From Deltaproteobacteria bacterium (GTDB lineage Bacteria > Myxococcota_A > UBA796 > UBA2385): a stretch of DNA of 64,000 bases. Positions 18,945-26,963 of the stretch are shown piece by piece. The DNA is taken from positions 12,875 through 76,874 of the forward strand of contig JAEUKK010000159.1 in the NCBI GenBank assembly GCA_016792625.1. The letters run 5' to 3'. Made by a program: the position numbers and the translations under genes. The notes under the pieces were generated by a model. It worked only from the letters and a program-made list of their open reading frames with translations. It was not told the origin of the DNA and did not search any database. Every line of letters begins with the position of its first letter. Within the stretch, counting starts at the first letter, position 1.

Positions 18945-19721
18945 TCAGCCGCCGGGAGCCGGGGCGGGCGCCGCCGGAGCAGGCGCTGGGGCCGCGCCGC
19001 CCGCCGCCGCCGGATCGGTGGGCGCCGCGCCGCCCGCCGCCGCGGGATCGGTCGGGGCCGCGCCGCCCGCCGCCGCCGGGTCGGTCGGGGCCGGGCTGCC
19101 CGAAGCCGCGCCCGCGTTCGGGTTCGGCGTGGTGTCGCGGTTGATCGTGATGGTGATGCTGGGGACACCATCGGCCAGGCTCACCGGGTTGCCCGGATAG
19201 TCCATGCTGATGTCATTGGCGTCAGGGCCGTTGCTCTCGTAGTCGAGGATGGCCGAGAGCTGGATCGCATCGGTGCCCTTGGGTAAGTAGAGCTCAAAGG
19301 GCCCGGGCTGGGCGATGCGGATGACCGCGACCGGCGCGTCGCCGTTGGCGCGCTTGGCGGTGGCGGTGTGCACGTCGATCTGGATCTGCCCCTTCTCCCA
19401 CCCGGGGACCTCGACGGTGCCGCCGAGCTTGATCGAGCCCTCGGCGGTGGCCAGCGTGGCTTGGTCGGGGGCGCCGCTGCCGCCGCCGCCACCACCCTCG
19501 CCGCTCGGCGGAGGCGGGGGCTGACCGGGGCCGCCCGGGGCCGGCGTGCCCGCCTCACCCGAGGCGATCGGGGTCTCGGTGGGCTCGGAGCAGGCGGTGA
19601 CCAGGCCGAACAGCAGCGCCAGCGCGCCGACAGCCATGGAGGAGCGGGGGCTCAGGCCGGCGGGCCGAGCAGGGGCGCCGGAGGTCAGGCCGGCGCGGGG
19701 GCCGGTGGAGGTGCGGGGCAT
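18945..19721 (-). CDS. Hypothetical lipoprotein with Pro/Gly/Ala-rich linkers
   Basis: AAGGAG RBS before ATG 19721; lipobox LFGLVTAC; C-terminal PTDPAAAGGAA x3. Confidence 0.7.
   Translation of the reverse strand: MPRTSTGPRAGLTSGAPARPAGLSPRSSMAVGALALLFGLVTACSEPTETPIASGEAGTPAPGGPGQPPPPPSGEGGGGGGSGAPDQATLATAEGSIKLGGTVEVPGWEKGQIQIDVHTATAKRANGDAPVAVIRIAQPGPFELYLPKGTDAIQLSAILDYESNGPDANDISMDYPGNPVSLADGVPSITITINRDTTPNPNAGAASGSPAPTDPAAAGGAAPTDPAAAGGAAPTDPAAAGGAAPAPAPAAPAPAPGG
18991..19089 (-). repeat. 33-bp coding tandem repeat x3 (PTDPAAAGGAA)
   Basis: Three near-identical units visible in DNA and protein. Confidence 0.8.
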
Positions 19722-19922
19722 CGAGGAGGCTCCTTGCGTGCGCGGCCGCCCGCGGCGCGCGACCGCGCCCGGCGGGGGGATGGGCAAACCCTACAGATCC
19801 CGGCCGCGGGACGCAAGCGACCCCGACCGGCACGTCGCTCTCGACCCGCGGCGACCACGGGCCAGCTGCGCCCCCCGCCTTCGAGGCCGGCGCGATAGCC
19901 GCGCCGCCGAGGAGGGCCCGCC

Positions 19923-21608
19923 GTGCCCCACGCTGAGCTGCCCGTCACCGCGCCCGCCGACGAGGATGGCGCGCTGCTCCTCGACGGGAACACCCTCCAG
20001 TTCGCTGACCTCGTCGAGGTCGCCCGTTTTGGCCGCCCCGTCCGCCTGCACCCCGAGGCCCGGCGGCGCATGGCGGCCTCGGCGGCCTGGGTCCAGGCGG
20101 CCGGCGCGGGTGACCAGACCGTCTACGGCGTCACCACCGGCTTTGGCTCGCTGGCCCGGGTGAACATCGCGGCCAAAGACCGGGCCCTGCTCTCGCTCAA
20201 CCTCATCCGCTCGCACGCGGCCGGGGTGGGCGCACCCCTGCCCGTGCCCGCGGTCCGCGCGATGATGCTGCTGCGCGCCAACGCCCTGAGCAAGGGCGCC
20301 TCGGGCTGCCGCCCGCTGCTGGTCGACACCCTGCTCGCCATGCTCAACGCCGGCCTGACCCCGGTGGTGCCGGCCCAGGGCAGCTGCGGCTCCTCGGGTG
20401 ACCTCGCCCCGCTGGCCCACCTCGGCCTCGTGCTCGCCGAGGGCAGCGGCGGCGGCCGGGCCGTGCTGCGGGGCGAGGAGCTCGACGCCGGCGAGGCGAT
20501 GGCCCGCGCCGGCCTGCAGAAGGTGCGCCTCGAGGCCAAAGATGGCCTCGCCATCACCAATGGCGCGCAGCTGACCACGGGCATCGCCGCCCTGTGCTGC
20601 TGGGACGCCGACCTGCTCGCCCAGGCCGCCGAGGCCGCCGCGGCGATGAGCTTTGACGCCCTGCGCGGCTGCACCCGGGCCCTGCACCCGGCGGTGCACC
20701 AGCTGCGGCCCTACCTGGGCGCCCAGCAGACCGCGGCCAACCTGCGCCGCCTGCTCACCGGGAGCGCCCTGGTCGACAGCGTTCCGGGCAAGGTGCAGGA
20801 CGCCTACGCCCTGCGCTGCGCGCCCCAAGTGCTCGGCGCCTGCCGCGACAGCCTGCGCTTCGCCGCCAGCCAGGTCGCGGTCGAGCTCAACGCGGCCACC
20901 GACAACCCCCTGATCTTGATGAACGCCGGCCCGATGGACGAGGGCTTCCCCGATGACCCCTCGAATCGGGCCTACAGCGCGGGCATGTTCCACGGCGAGC
21001 CGGTGGGCATGGCGATGGACACGCTGAAGATCGCCGCCGCCGAGATCGCCAGCCTGTCCGAGCGGCGGCTGTACCGCCTGACCACCGGCCTGCTGAGCCA
21101 GCGCCTCCCCCCGGGCCTCGCGCGGGCCGACCGCCCCAACCTCGGCCTGATGCTCCCCCAGACCACCGCCGCGGCGCTGGTCAGCGAGAACAAGGCCCTG
21201 GGCTGGCCCGCCAGCATGGACAGCATCCCCACCTGCGAAGATCAAGAAGATCACGTGGCGATGAGCACCACCGCCGCCCGCCGCGCCGCCGCCGTGCTCG
21301 AGAACAGCCGCCGGGTCGTCGCCATCGAGCTGCTCGGCGCCGCGCACGCCCTGGCCATGCGCCGCGAAGAAGAGCCCGGGGTGCGGCTCGGCGCGGGCAC
21401 CGGCGCCTTGCTCGACCAGCTCAGCGCCCTGCCCGGCGCGCTCTCGACCGATGGCGCGCCGGCCGAGGCCATCGCCGCCATCGACGGCCTGCTCGTGGCC
21501 GACGACTGGCGCGCCGCCTTGCCGGCCCTGCTGCCGGTCGGGCCGGTCGACCGCCCCTTGCGCCGCGCCTTCGAGAGCGCCCCGCAGCACGTCGAGGTGA
21601 GCCGATGA
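19923..21608 (+). CDS. hutH: Histidine/aromatic ammonia-lyase family, MIO-competent subunit (SSG triad)
   Basis: VYGVTTGFGSL inner loop; LIRSHAAGVG; GSCG-SSG-DLAPLAH; VQDAYALRC; TDNPL; QEDHVAM. GAGGAG RBS, GTG start. Confidence 0.85.
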   Translation: MPHAELPVTAPADEDGALLLDGNTLQFADLVEVARFGRPVRLHPEARRRMAASAAWVQAAGAGDQTVYGVTTGFGSLARVNIAAKDRALLSLNLIRSHAAGVGAPLPVPAVRAMMLLRANALSKGASGCRPLLVDTLLAMLNAGLTPVVPAQGSCGSSGDLAPLAHLGLVLAEGSGGGRAVLRGEELDAGEAMARAGLQKVRLEAKDGLAITNGAQLTTGIAALCCWDADLLAQAAEAAAAMSFDALRGCTRALHPAVHQLRPYLGAQQTAANLRRLLTGSALVDSVPGKVQDAYALRCAPQVLGACRDSLRFAASQVAVELNAATDNPLILMNAGPMDEGFPDDPSNRAYSAGMFHGEPVGMAMDTLKIAAAEIASLSERRLYRLTTGLLSQRLPPGLARADRPNLGLMLPQTTAAALVSENKALGWPASMDSIPTCEDQEDHVAMSTTAARRAAAVLENSRRVVAIELLGAAHALAMRREEEPGVRLGAGTGALLDQLSALPGALSTDGAPAEAIAAIDGLLVADDWRAALPALLPVGPVDRPLRRAFESAPQHVEVSR

Positions 21609-23122
21609 GCGCCGCCGCCCTGCCGCTGTACCACCGCGAGGCCCGCGGCCCGCTGGCCGGCGCCCCCACGGTCACCCTGCGCCCCGGCGCCCTGCCCTTA
21701 GAAGACCTGATCGCCGTGGCCCACGGCGCTCCCGTCGAGGTTGACCCCGAGGCGCGCGCCGCCTTGCGCGGCTGGGACGGCCCCGTGCTGCGCGACAAAC
21801 GCCAGTGGCTGGTCGGCGCCCACGCCGCCGCCCACCCCGAGGCCGACCTGCCCCGGCTGTTCATCCTCGGGCACTGCGCGGGCGTCGGCGCGCCCCTGCC
21901 CCGCGAGGTCGTGCGCGCGGCGATCGCCGCCCGGGCCCAGGTGCTGCTGCAGGGCTGCTCTGGGGTGCGCCCCGCCTGTGTGGACGTGCTGGTCGACATG
22001 CTCAACGCGGGCCTGCACCCCGTCGTGCCCGCCCAGGGCTCGGTGGGCGCGGCGGGTGACCTCGCGCCGATGGCCCACGTGGCCCGGGTGGCGGCGGCCC
22101 TCGACGGCCCCATCCCCGGCCTGCGGCCCTTCTCTCCGACCCAAAAAGAGGCGCTGGCGCTGATCAACGGCGTCAGCCTCTCCTGTGCGCTCGCCGCGGT
22201 GGCGATCAGCCGGGCCGAGCGGGTGCTCTCCGCCGCCGTCGAGGCCGCCGCGATGAGCCTCGAGGCCCTGCGCGCGGCCCCCGGCTGCCTCGACCCGCGG
22301 GCGCTGGGCCTGCGCGGCCACCCCGGCGTGGCCCAGGTGGGCGCGGCCCTGCGGGCCCGCCTCGAAGGCAGCACCCTGGTCGTCGAAGGCAGGCCGCCTG
22401 ACGCTTTTTCGGTGCGCTGCGCCCCCCAGGTTTTGGGCGCGGCGGTCGACGCGGCGGCCAGCGCCCGGGCGGTGGTCGAGGCCGAGCTGGGCGCCGTCTC
22501 TGACAACCCGCTCTGCCTCTGGCCCGCGGACGGCGGCCCTCCCGCGCTGATCGAGGCGGGGAACTTCCACGGCGCCAGCCTCGGCTTGGCCATGGACCAC
22601 CTCAAAGCTGCGCTGACCCAGGTGGCCACGATTAGCGAGCGGCGCACCTTCCGCCTGACCTATGGGCAGCTCAGCTCTGACCTGCCGAGCTTCCTCGTCC
22701 CCGGCACCGGCCTGAACTCGGGCTTCATGCTGGCCCAGTACACGGCGGCCAGCCTGGCCAGCGAGTGCAAGGGCCTCGCCCACCCGGCGAGCGTCGACAG
22801 CATCCCCACCGTGCAGCACCACGAAGACCACGTGAGCATGGCCCCGATCGCCGCCCGCACCGCGCTCATGCTCATCGAGTGCGTGGCCGACATCGTGGCC
22901 ATCGAGGCGATGTTGGCGGCGCAGGCCCTCGACCTGCGCCAGCGTGGCCTCGGCGAGGGCGGCGGGCAGATCGCCCCGGCCATCGAGGCCCTGCGCGCCC
23001 AGGTGCGCGCCGTCGTCCACTTCTGGGAAGACGATGGGGTGATGCACCCCGAGCTCGCCGCCGCTGGCGCTCTTTTGCGCGCCGGGGGCCTGGGCGCGGG
23101 GCCGGCTGCCGCGCCCTGGTGA
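21605..23122 (+). CDS. Second ammonia-lyase paralog lacking the MIO serine (AAG) and the catalytic Tyr loop
   Basis: GSVG-AAG-DLAPMAH; KEALALING; SDNPL; GNFHG; NSGFMLAQYTAASL; EDHVSM. No YGxxTGFG; ATGA overlap with the upstream gene. Confidence 0.85.
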   Translation: MSAAALPLYHREARGPLAGAPTVTLRPGALPLEDLIAVAHGAPVEVDPEARAALRGWDGPVLRDKRQWLVGAHAAAHPEADLPRLFILGHCAGVGAPLPREVVRAAIAARAQVLLQGCSGVRPACVDVLVDMLNAGLHPVVPAQGSVGAAGDLAPMAHVARVAAALDGPIPGLRPFSPTQKEALALINGVSLSCALAAVAISRAERVLSAAVEAAAMSLEALRAAPGCLDPRALGLRGHPGVAQVGAALRARLEGSTLVVEGRPPDAFSVRCAPQVLGAAVDAAASARAVVEAELGAVSDNPLCLWPADGGPPALIEAGNFHGASLGLAMDHLKAALTQVATISERRTFRLTYGQLSSDLPSFLVPGTGLNSGFMLAQYTAASLASECKGLAHPASVDSIPTVQHHEDHVSMAPIAARTALMLIECVADIVAIEAMLAAQALDLRQRGLGEGGGQIAPAIEALRAQVRAVVHFWEDDGVMHPELAAAGALLRAGGLGAGPAAAPW

Positions 23123-23195
23123 GGCCCGGCGCCTCGGGGCTGTGCACAAGGCCTGTGCAGGCACCTCCAGGCGCAGCGCGCAGGGCGCCGCGGCG

Positions 23196-23212
23196 TGTTG
23201 CAGTGCGCAACA
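23196..23212. promoter_or_regulatory. 17-bp palindrome TGTTGCA-N3-CGCAACA, resembling the motifs at 24448 and 24470
   Basis: Sequence tgttgcagtgcgcaaca in the convergent intergenic space. Confidence 0.45.
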
Positions 23213-23307
23213 CCTCCACCCCGGCTGCATCGACCTCCGAAAAACACGAGGCCCCCGCTGGGCGCGGCGCGCAGCGAGGGCGGTGAGGATGCGGGGCAGC
23301 GCCGCGC

Positions 23308-24252
23308 TTAGATGACCGCGCGCAGGCGCCCGAGGGCCCCGACCTCGATCTGGCGCACGCGCTCGCGGCTCAGGCCCATCGACTTGCCGATGTCGGCCAT
23401 GGTGCGGGCCTCGACGCCCTCGAGCCCGTAGTGGTTGACCAGGATGTAGCGCTCGCGGTCATCGAGCACCTCGCCGAAGGCCCCGCGCACGAGGCCCAGC
23501 GCCTGGGTCTTCATCGCGTTGTTGTCAGGGTTGATGTCGCGGCCCTCGGCGGCGAGGCGGTCGCCCACGCAGAGGCCGTCATCATCGGGCTGGTCGATGC
23601 TGACCACGCCGCCCTGGGCGAGCAGCAGCTGGGCGCGGGCGCGCTCGACGCCCACCTCTTCGGCGAGGTCGTCGAGGGTCCAGTCTTCGCCCATGCGGTC
23701 GAGGCGCTCGGCGGCCTGCTGCAGGTTGCGGATCTGCTCGACCGCCCCGCCCGGCAGGCGCACCATGCGGCCCGAGGTCTCGAGCGCGCGGGTCATCTGG
23801 GCCCGCACCCACCACCGCGCGTAGGTCGAGAAGCGGATGCCGCGGTCGGGGTCGAAACGTTTGGCCGCGCGCAGAAGGCCGATGTAGCCCTCTTGCACAA
23901 GGTCCTCTTCGCTCATCAGCGAGCAGGCCAGCTTGCGGGCCTCGCCGCGGGCGATGCGGCGGGCGGACATCCCGAGCTCCCACCGCAGGGACTCGGCATC
24001 GGCCAACTTCTGGTGGGCCTTGGTCACGTCGCCGCGGATGCTCGGGTCGGTCTTGGCGATCACCGCGCAGGCCTCGACGGCCTCGATCAGGCGATCCACC
24101 GCGCCGGCGCGGGTGCGCTCGGTGCGGGTCGGCCGCCGGCGCAGAACCCGCTCAGCCTCGTCAATCCCGGCGATGGCCTCGCGGGCCTCGCGCTCAGCGA
24201 CGCGGATGCGGTGGGCGAGATCGCGCTCTTCTTCGGCGGAGATGCGGAGCAT
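23308..24252 (-). CDS. Alternative sigma-70 factor (regions 1.2-4, no region 1.1)
   Basis: EDLVQEGYIGLLRAAKRFDPDRGIRFSTYARWW; RMVRLP; TMADIGKSMGLSRERVRQIE; GGAGG before ATG 24252. Confidence 0.93.
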   Translation of the reverse strand: MLRISAEEERDLAHRIRVAEREAREAIAGIDEAERVLRRRPTRTERTRAGAVDRLIEAVEACAVIAKTDPSIRGDVTKAHQKLADAESLRWELGMSARRIARGEARKLACSLMSEEDLVQEGYIGLLRAAKRFDPDRGIRFSTYARWWVRAQMTRALETSGRMVRLPGGAVEQIRNLQQAAERLDRMGEDWTLDDLAEEVGVERARAQLLLAQGGVVSIDQPDDDGLCVGDRLAAEGRDINPDNNAMKTQALGLVRGAFGEVLDDRERYILVNHYGLEGVEARTMADIGKSMGLSRERVRQIEVGALGRLRAVI

Positions 24253-24357
24253 AGGGCCCTCCATCGGTGGGCGCGCGGGGCGCCCGGGGCTGGGTTGAGG
24301 CACAAGAGAGGAGCAGGCGCGGGGAAGAGGGGGCGCAGGGCGCGGCGTGCCAGTTCA

Positions 24358-24373
24358 AGCAAGCAGTGTGCCA
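24358..24373 (-). promoter_or_regulatory. Sigma-54 (-24/-12) promoter facing the sigma-70 gene
   Basis: Minus strand reads TGGCAC-ACTGC-TTGCT, an exact match to TGGCAC-N5-TTGCW, ~105 bp upstream of the ATG. Confidence 0.85.
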
Positions 24374-24447
24374 GGGCTACGGGCCGGGTCGGGCCGCGGA
24401 TCGCTGCAGACGCAGTCACTATACACAACCGCATACGGTTTGTACAG

Positions 24448-24486
24448 CGTTGAAAGTTGCAACCTGCAGCGTTGCAGGATGCCACA
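24448..24486. promoter_or_regulatory. Tandem putative enhancer (UAS) sites for the adjacent bEBP
   Basis: CGTTGAA-agt-TGCAACC (24448-24464) and CGTTGCA-gga-TGCCACA (24470-24486), 22 bp apart, 75-113 bp upstream of the -24 box. Confidence 0.6.
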
Positions 24487-24518
24487 GGCGCCGGTAGGTC
24501 ACACCTGAGGCCACATCG

Positions 24519-25901
24519 ATGGACATCACGCTCCCCGAAGACAACCTCTCCGCCCTGCTCAGCAACCCGCTGGTCGTCGGCCTGCTTGACCAGATCAGCG
24601 ATGGGGCGGTCGTCATCGACGTGAGCAGCCGGCGCATCTTGGCGATGAACCGCCGCGCCCGGCAGCTGCTCGGGGCCAGCGAAGATGAGGTGAGCGGCGC
24701 GCTCTGCCGCGAGGCGCTCAACTCGCCGCTGTGCAAGCCGGCCTGCCTGCTCACCGAGGGCCTGCGCGCCGAGGGCCGGGCCGAGGCCGGCTGCGCGCCG
24801 CGGGAGTCCGAGGTCTTTTACCGGGGCCGCGAGGGCGCCCCGCTGCTGCACGCCCGGGCGCGCATGATCGTGGTGCGGGCCCCCGATGGCCGGCCGATCG
24901 CCGGCATCGAGATGTTCTCCGACCTCACCGAGACCCGGCGCCTCGAGAAGGCGCTCGGCGACCGCCGCAGCCTGCACGGGATCATCGGCCAGGCCCCACC
25001 GATGCAGCGCCTCTACGAGCTGCTCGAGCAGGTCGCGCCCTATGACCTGCCCGTGCTGATCACCGGCGAGAGCGGCGTGGGCAAAGAGCGGGTGGCCGAC
25101 GCGCTGGTGGGCCTGTCCGACCGCGCACGCAAGCCCTACGTCAAGGTGAATTGTGCCGCGTTGAACCCAAGCTTGGTCGAGAGTGAGCTGTTTGGGCACC
25201 GCCGCGGCGCGTTCACCGGCGCGGTGGCCGACCGCCGGGGCAGTTTTGAAGAGGCCCACGGCGGCACGCTGCTGCTCGACGAGCTGGGCGAGCTGCCGCT
25301 CTCGCTGCAAGCCAAGCTGCTGCGCGTCATTCAGCAGGGTGAGCTGCAGCGGGTGGGCGAAGACCGCCCGCGCACGGTCGACGTGCGGGTGATCGCGGCG
25401 ACCAACCGCGACATCGAAGCCGACGTCCAGACGGGCCACTTCCGCGAGGACCTCTACTACCGCCTCGCCGGCGTGCGCCTGCACGTGCCCCCGCTGCGCG
25501 AGCGCAAGGGCGACCTGCCGCTGCTGGCCGAGCACTTCCTGCACCGCTTCGCCGACGAGGCCCGCCAGCGCGGCCGCGCCAAAACCACGCCGGGCCTGCG
25601 CGCCGACGCCCTGGCCGAGCTGGTGGGGCGCGACTGGCGGGGCAACGTGCGCGAGCTCGAGAACGTCCTGCGGCTGGCCTTTATCCGCGTGCCCGAGGGC
25701 GCGCTGATCGGGCCCGATCATGTGGCGGCGCCGACCAGCCGCCCGAGCGCCGAGCCCGAGCCGGTCTCGCTGCAAGAGCTTGAGAAGCGGGCGATCCAGC
25801 GCGCGATGGACCAGTCCGAGGGAAACATGGCCGCCGCCGCGCGCCTGCTCGGGGTCGACCGCACGACGCTGTGGCGCAAGCTGCGGCGCGGCGAGGGCTG
25901 A
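24519..25901 (+). CDS. Sigma-54 enhancer-binding protein with Cys-motif PAS domain (OrpR-like)
   Basis: PAS-like N-terminus with C-x8-C-x3-C; GESGVGKE, ESELFGH..GAFTGA, LLLDE, WRGNVRELEN; Fis-type HTH AARLLGVDRTTLWRKL. Confidence 0.93.
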   Translation: MDITLPEDNLSALLSNPLVVGLLDQISDGAVVIDVSSRRILAMNRRARQLLGASEDEVSGALCREALNSPLCKPACLLTEGLRAEGRAEAGCAPRESEVFYRGREGAPLLHARARMIVVRAPDGRPIAGIEMFSDLTETRRLEKALGDRRSLHGIIGQAPPMQRLYELLEQVAPYDLPVLITGESGVGKERVADALVGLSDRARKPYVKVNCAALNPSLVESELFGHRRGAFTGAVADRRGSFEEAHGGTLLLDELGELPLSLQAKLLRVIQQGELQRVGEDRPRTVDVRVIAATNRDIEADVQTGHFREDLYYRLAGVRLHVPPLRERKGDLPLLAEHFLHRFADEARQRGRAKTTPGLRADALAELVGRDWRGNVRELENVLRLAFIRVPEGALIGPDHVAAPTSRPSAEPEPVSLQELEKRAIQRAMDQSEGNMAAAARLLGVDRTTLWRKLRRGEG

Positions 25902-25930
25902 ACCCAGGCCTCCGCCCGGCTTCCTCCAAG

Positions 25931-26047
25931 CGCCCCGCCGGCCTGCGGCCGCCGGCGCCCCTCCTCCGGGCGCGGCGCGGCGCGCCTTGGCCGCTGCGCG
26001 GCCCGCCCTGCGGGCGGCCCTCCGGCCGGGCTGGCGCGCGCAAGGCG
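25931..26047 (+). repeat. Dispersed ~120-bp hairpin-rich repeat, copy A
   Basis: cgccccgccggcctgcggccgccggc...ggcggccctccggccgggctggcgcgcgcaaggcg; similar to 50546-50672(-) and 57489-57606(+). Confidence 0.7.
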
Positions 26048-26131
26048 CCAGCCCACGTTGAGATTGAACATCGAAATCAAAATGTGCGCCGGGGGGCTTG
26101 CGGCCTCCCCCAGCCAGCGGTAGGGATCAAC

Positions 26132-26158
26132 TGAAATCGATAATCAGTATCGCTTTCA
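26132..26158. promoter_or_regulatory. Fur-box-like palindrome upstream of the heme operon
   Basis: TGAAATCGATAATCAGTATCGCTTTCA: AT-rich inverted repeat with a GATAAT core, 22 bp before hmuY; a second AT-rich patch lies at 26058-26083. Confidence 0.75.
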
Positions 26159-26180
26159 ATCCAGCCCCGCCGGAGCCCCC

Positions 26181-26960
26181 ATGCGCGCCCAAGCCCTCCT
26201 CTCCACCCTGCGCGGCCCCGCGCTGCTCAGCCTCGCGCTGGCGGCCTGCGGCGGCGACGCCAAAGACAGCGCCGCGACCGACGCGGCCGACACCTCCGCC
26301 ACGGGCGACGACGGCGCCGCTGATGATGGCGCCGCTGACGGCGCCGACGGCTCCACCGACGATGGCGCAGACGGCGCCGACGACGGCGCAGCAGACGGCA
26401 CAGACGGCGCAGACGGCGCAGACGGCACCGACGGCGCGACCGATGGTGGCGAGGGCGCCGCAGACGGCGGTGAGGGCGCAGACGGCGCCGATGGGGGCGA
26501 TGACGGCGGCGCGGCCCTCGCCTGCGCGCCGGGCAGCGACCGGGTCAGCGCGGCTGAGGCCGACGGGGTCTGGTCGGCCAGCCTGCACACCGAAGACGAC
26601 GCGACGTGGACCTGCCTCGGCCTGACCGACGGCGCGCAGCGCACCGCGGCCTACACGATGGCCTGGCAGCAGTGGACCGTGGCGCTGGGCGCGGGCGTCG
26701 AGGCCCAACTGCTGCCCGACACGGCCTTCGACGCGGTGAGCACCGCGCCCACCGATGGCTGGACCAGCGACGCAGACGCTGTCTTCGGCGACTGGTACAT
26801 CTACGACGGCGCGACCCATACGCTGACCGCGCGCCCCCACCTTTACTTGTTGCGCGGGCCCGACGGCGCGGCCTTCAAGTTGCAGATCCTCTCCTACTAT
26901 GACGCCGAGGGCACCGTTCACCGGCCCCAGCTGCGCTGGGCCGCGCTGGTCGGGGGCTGA
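26181..26960 (+). CDS. hmuY: HmuY-family heme-binding lipoprotein with Asp/Gly-rich stalk
   Basis: Lipobox LALAAC; (DGA)n linker; GDWYIYDGATHTL..YLLRGPDG..FKLQILSYYD; heme operon context. Confidence 0.8.
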   Translation: MRAQALLSTLRGPALLSLALAACGGDAKDSAATDAADTSATGDDGAADDGAADGADGSTDDGADGADDGAADGTDGADGADGTDGATDGGEGAADGGEGADGADGGDDGGAALACAPGSDRVSAAEADGVWSASLHTEDDATWTCLGLTDGAQRTAAYTMAWQQWTVALGAGVEAQLLPDTAFDAVSTAPTDGWTSDADAVFGDWYIYDGATHTLTARPHLYLLRGPDGAAFKLQILSYYDAEGTVHRPQLRWAALVGG

Positions 26961-26963
26961 GCC

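Noticed and set aside
21605-23122. Second lyase as a pseudogene
   Set aside because: Full-length open frame, host codon bias, translational coupling and many intact motifs argue for selection.
26281-26510. gacggcgc(a/c) short repeats as a contingency locus
   Set aside because: Degenerate 9-bp in-frame units encoding a DGA linker; they cannot switch frame. A similar linker occurs at 53820-53920.
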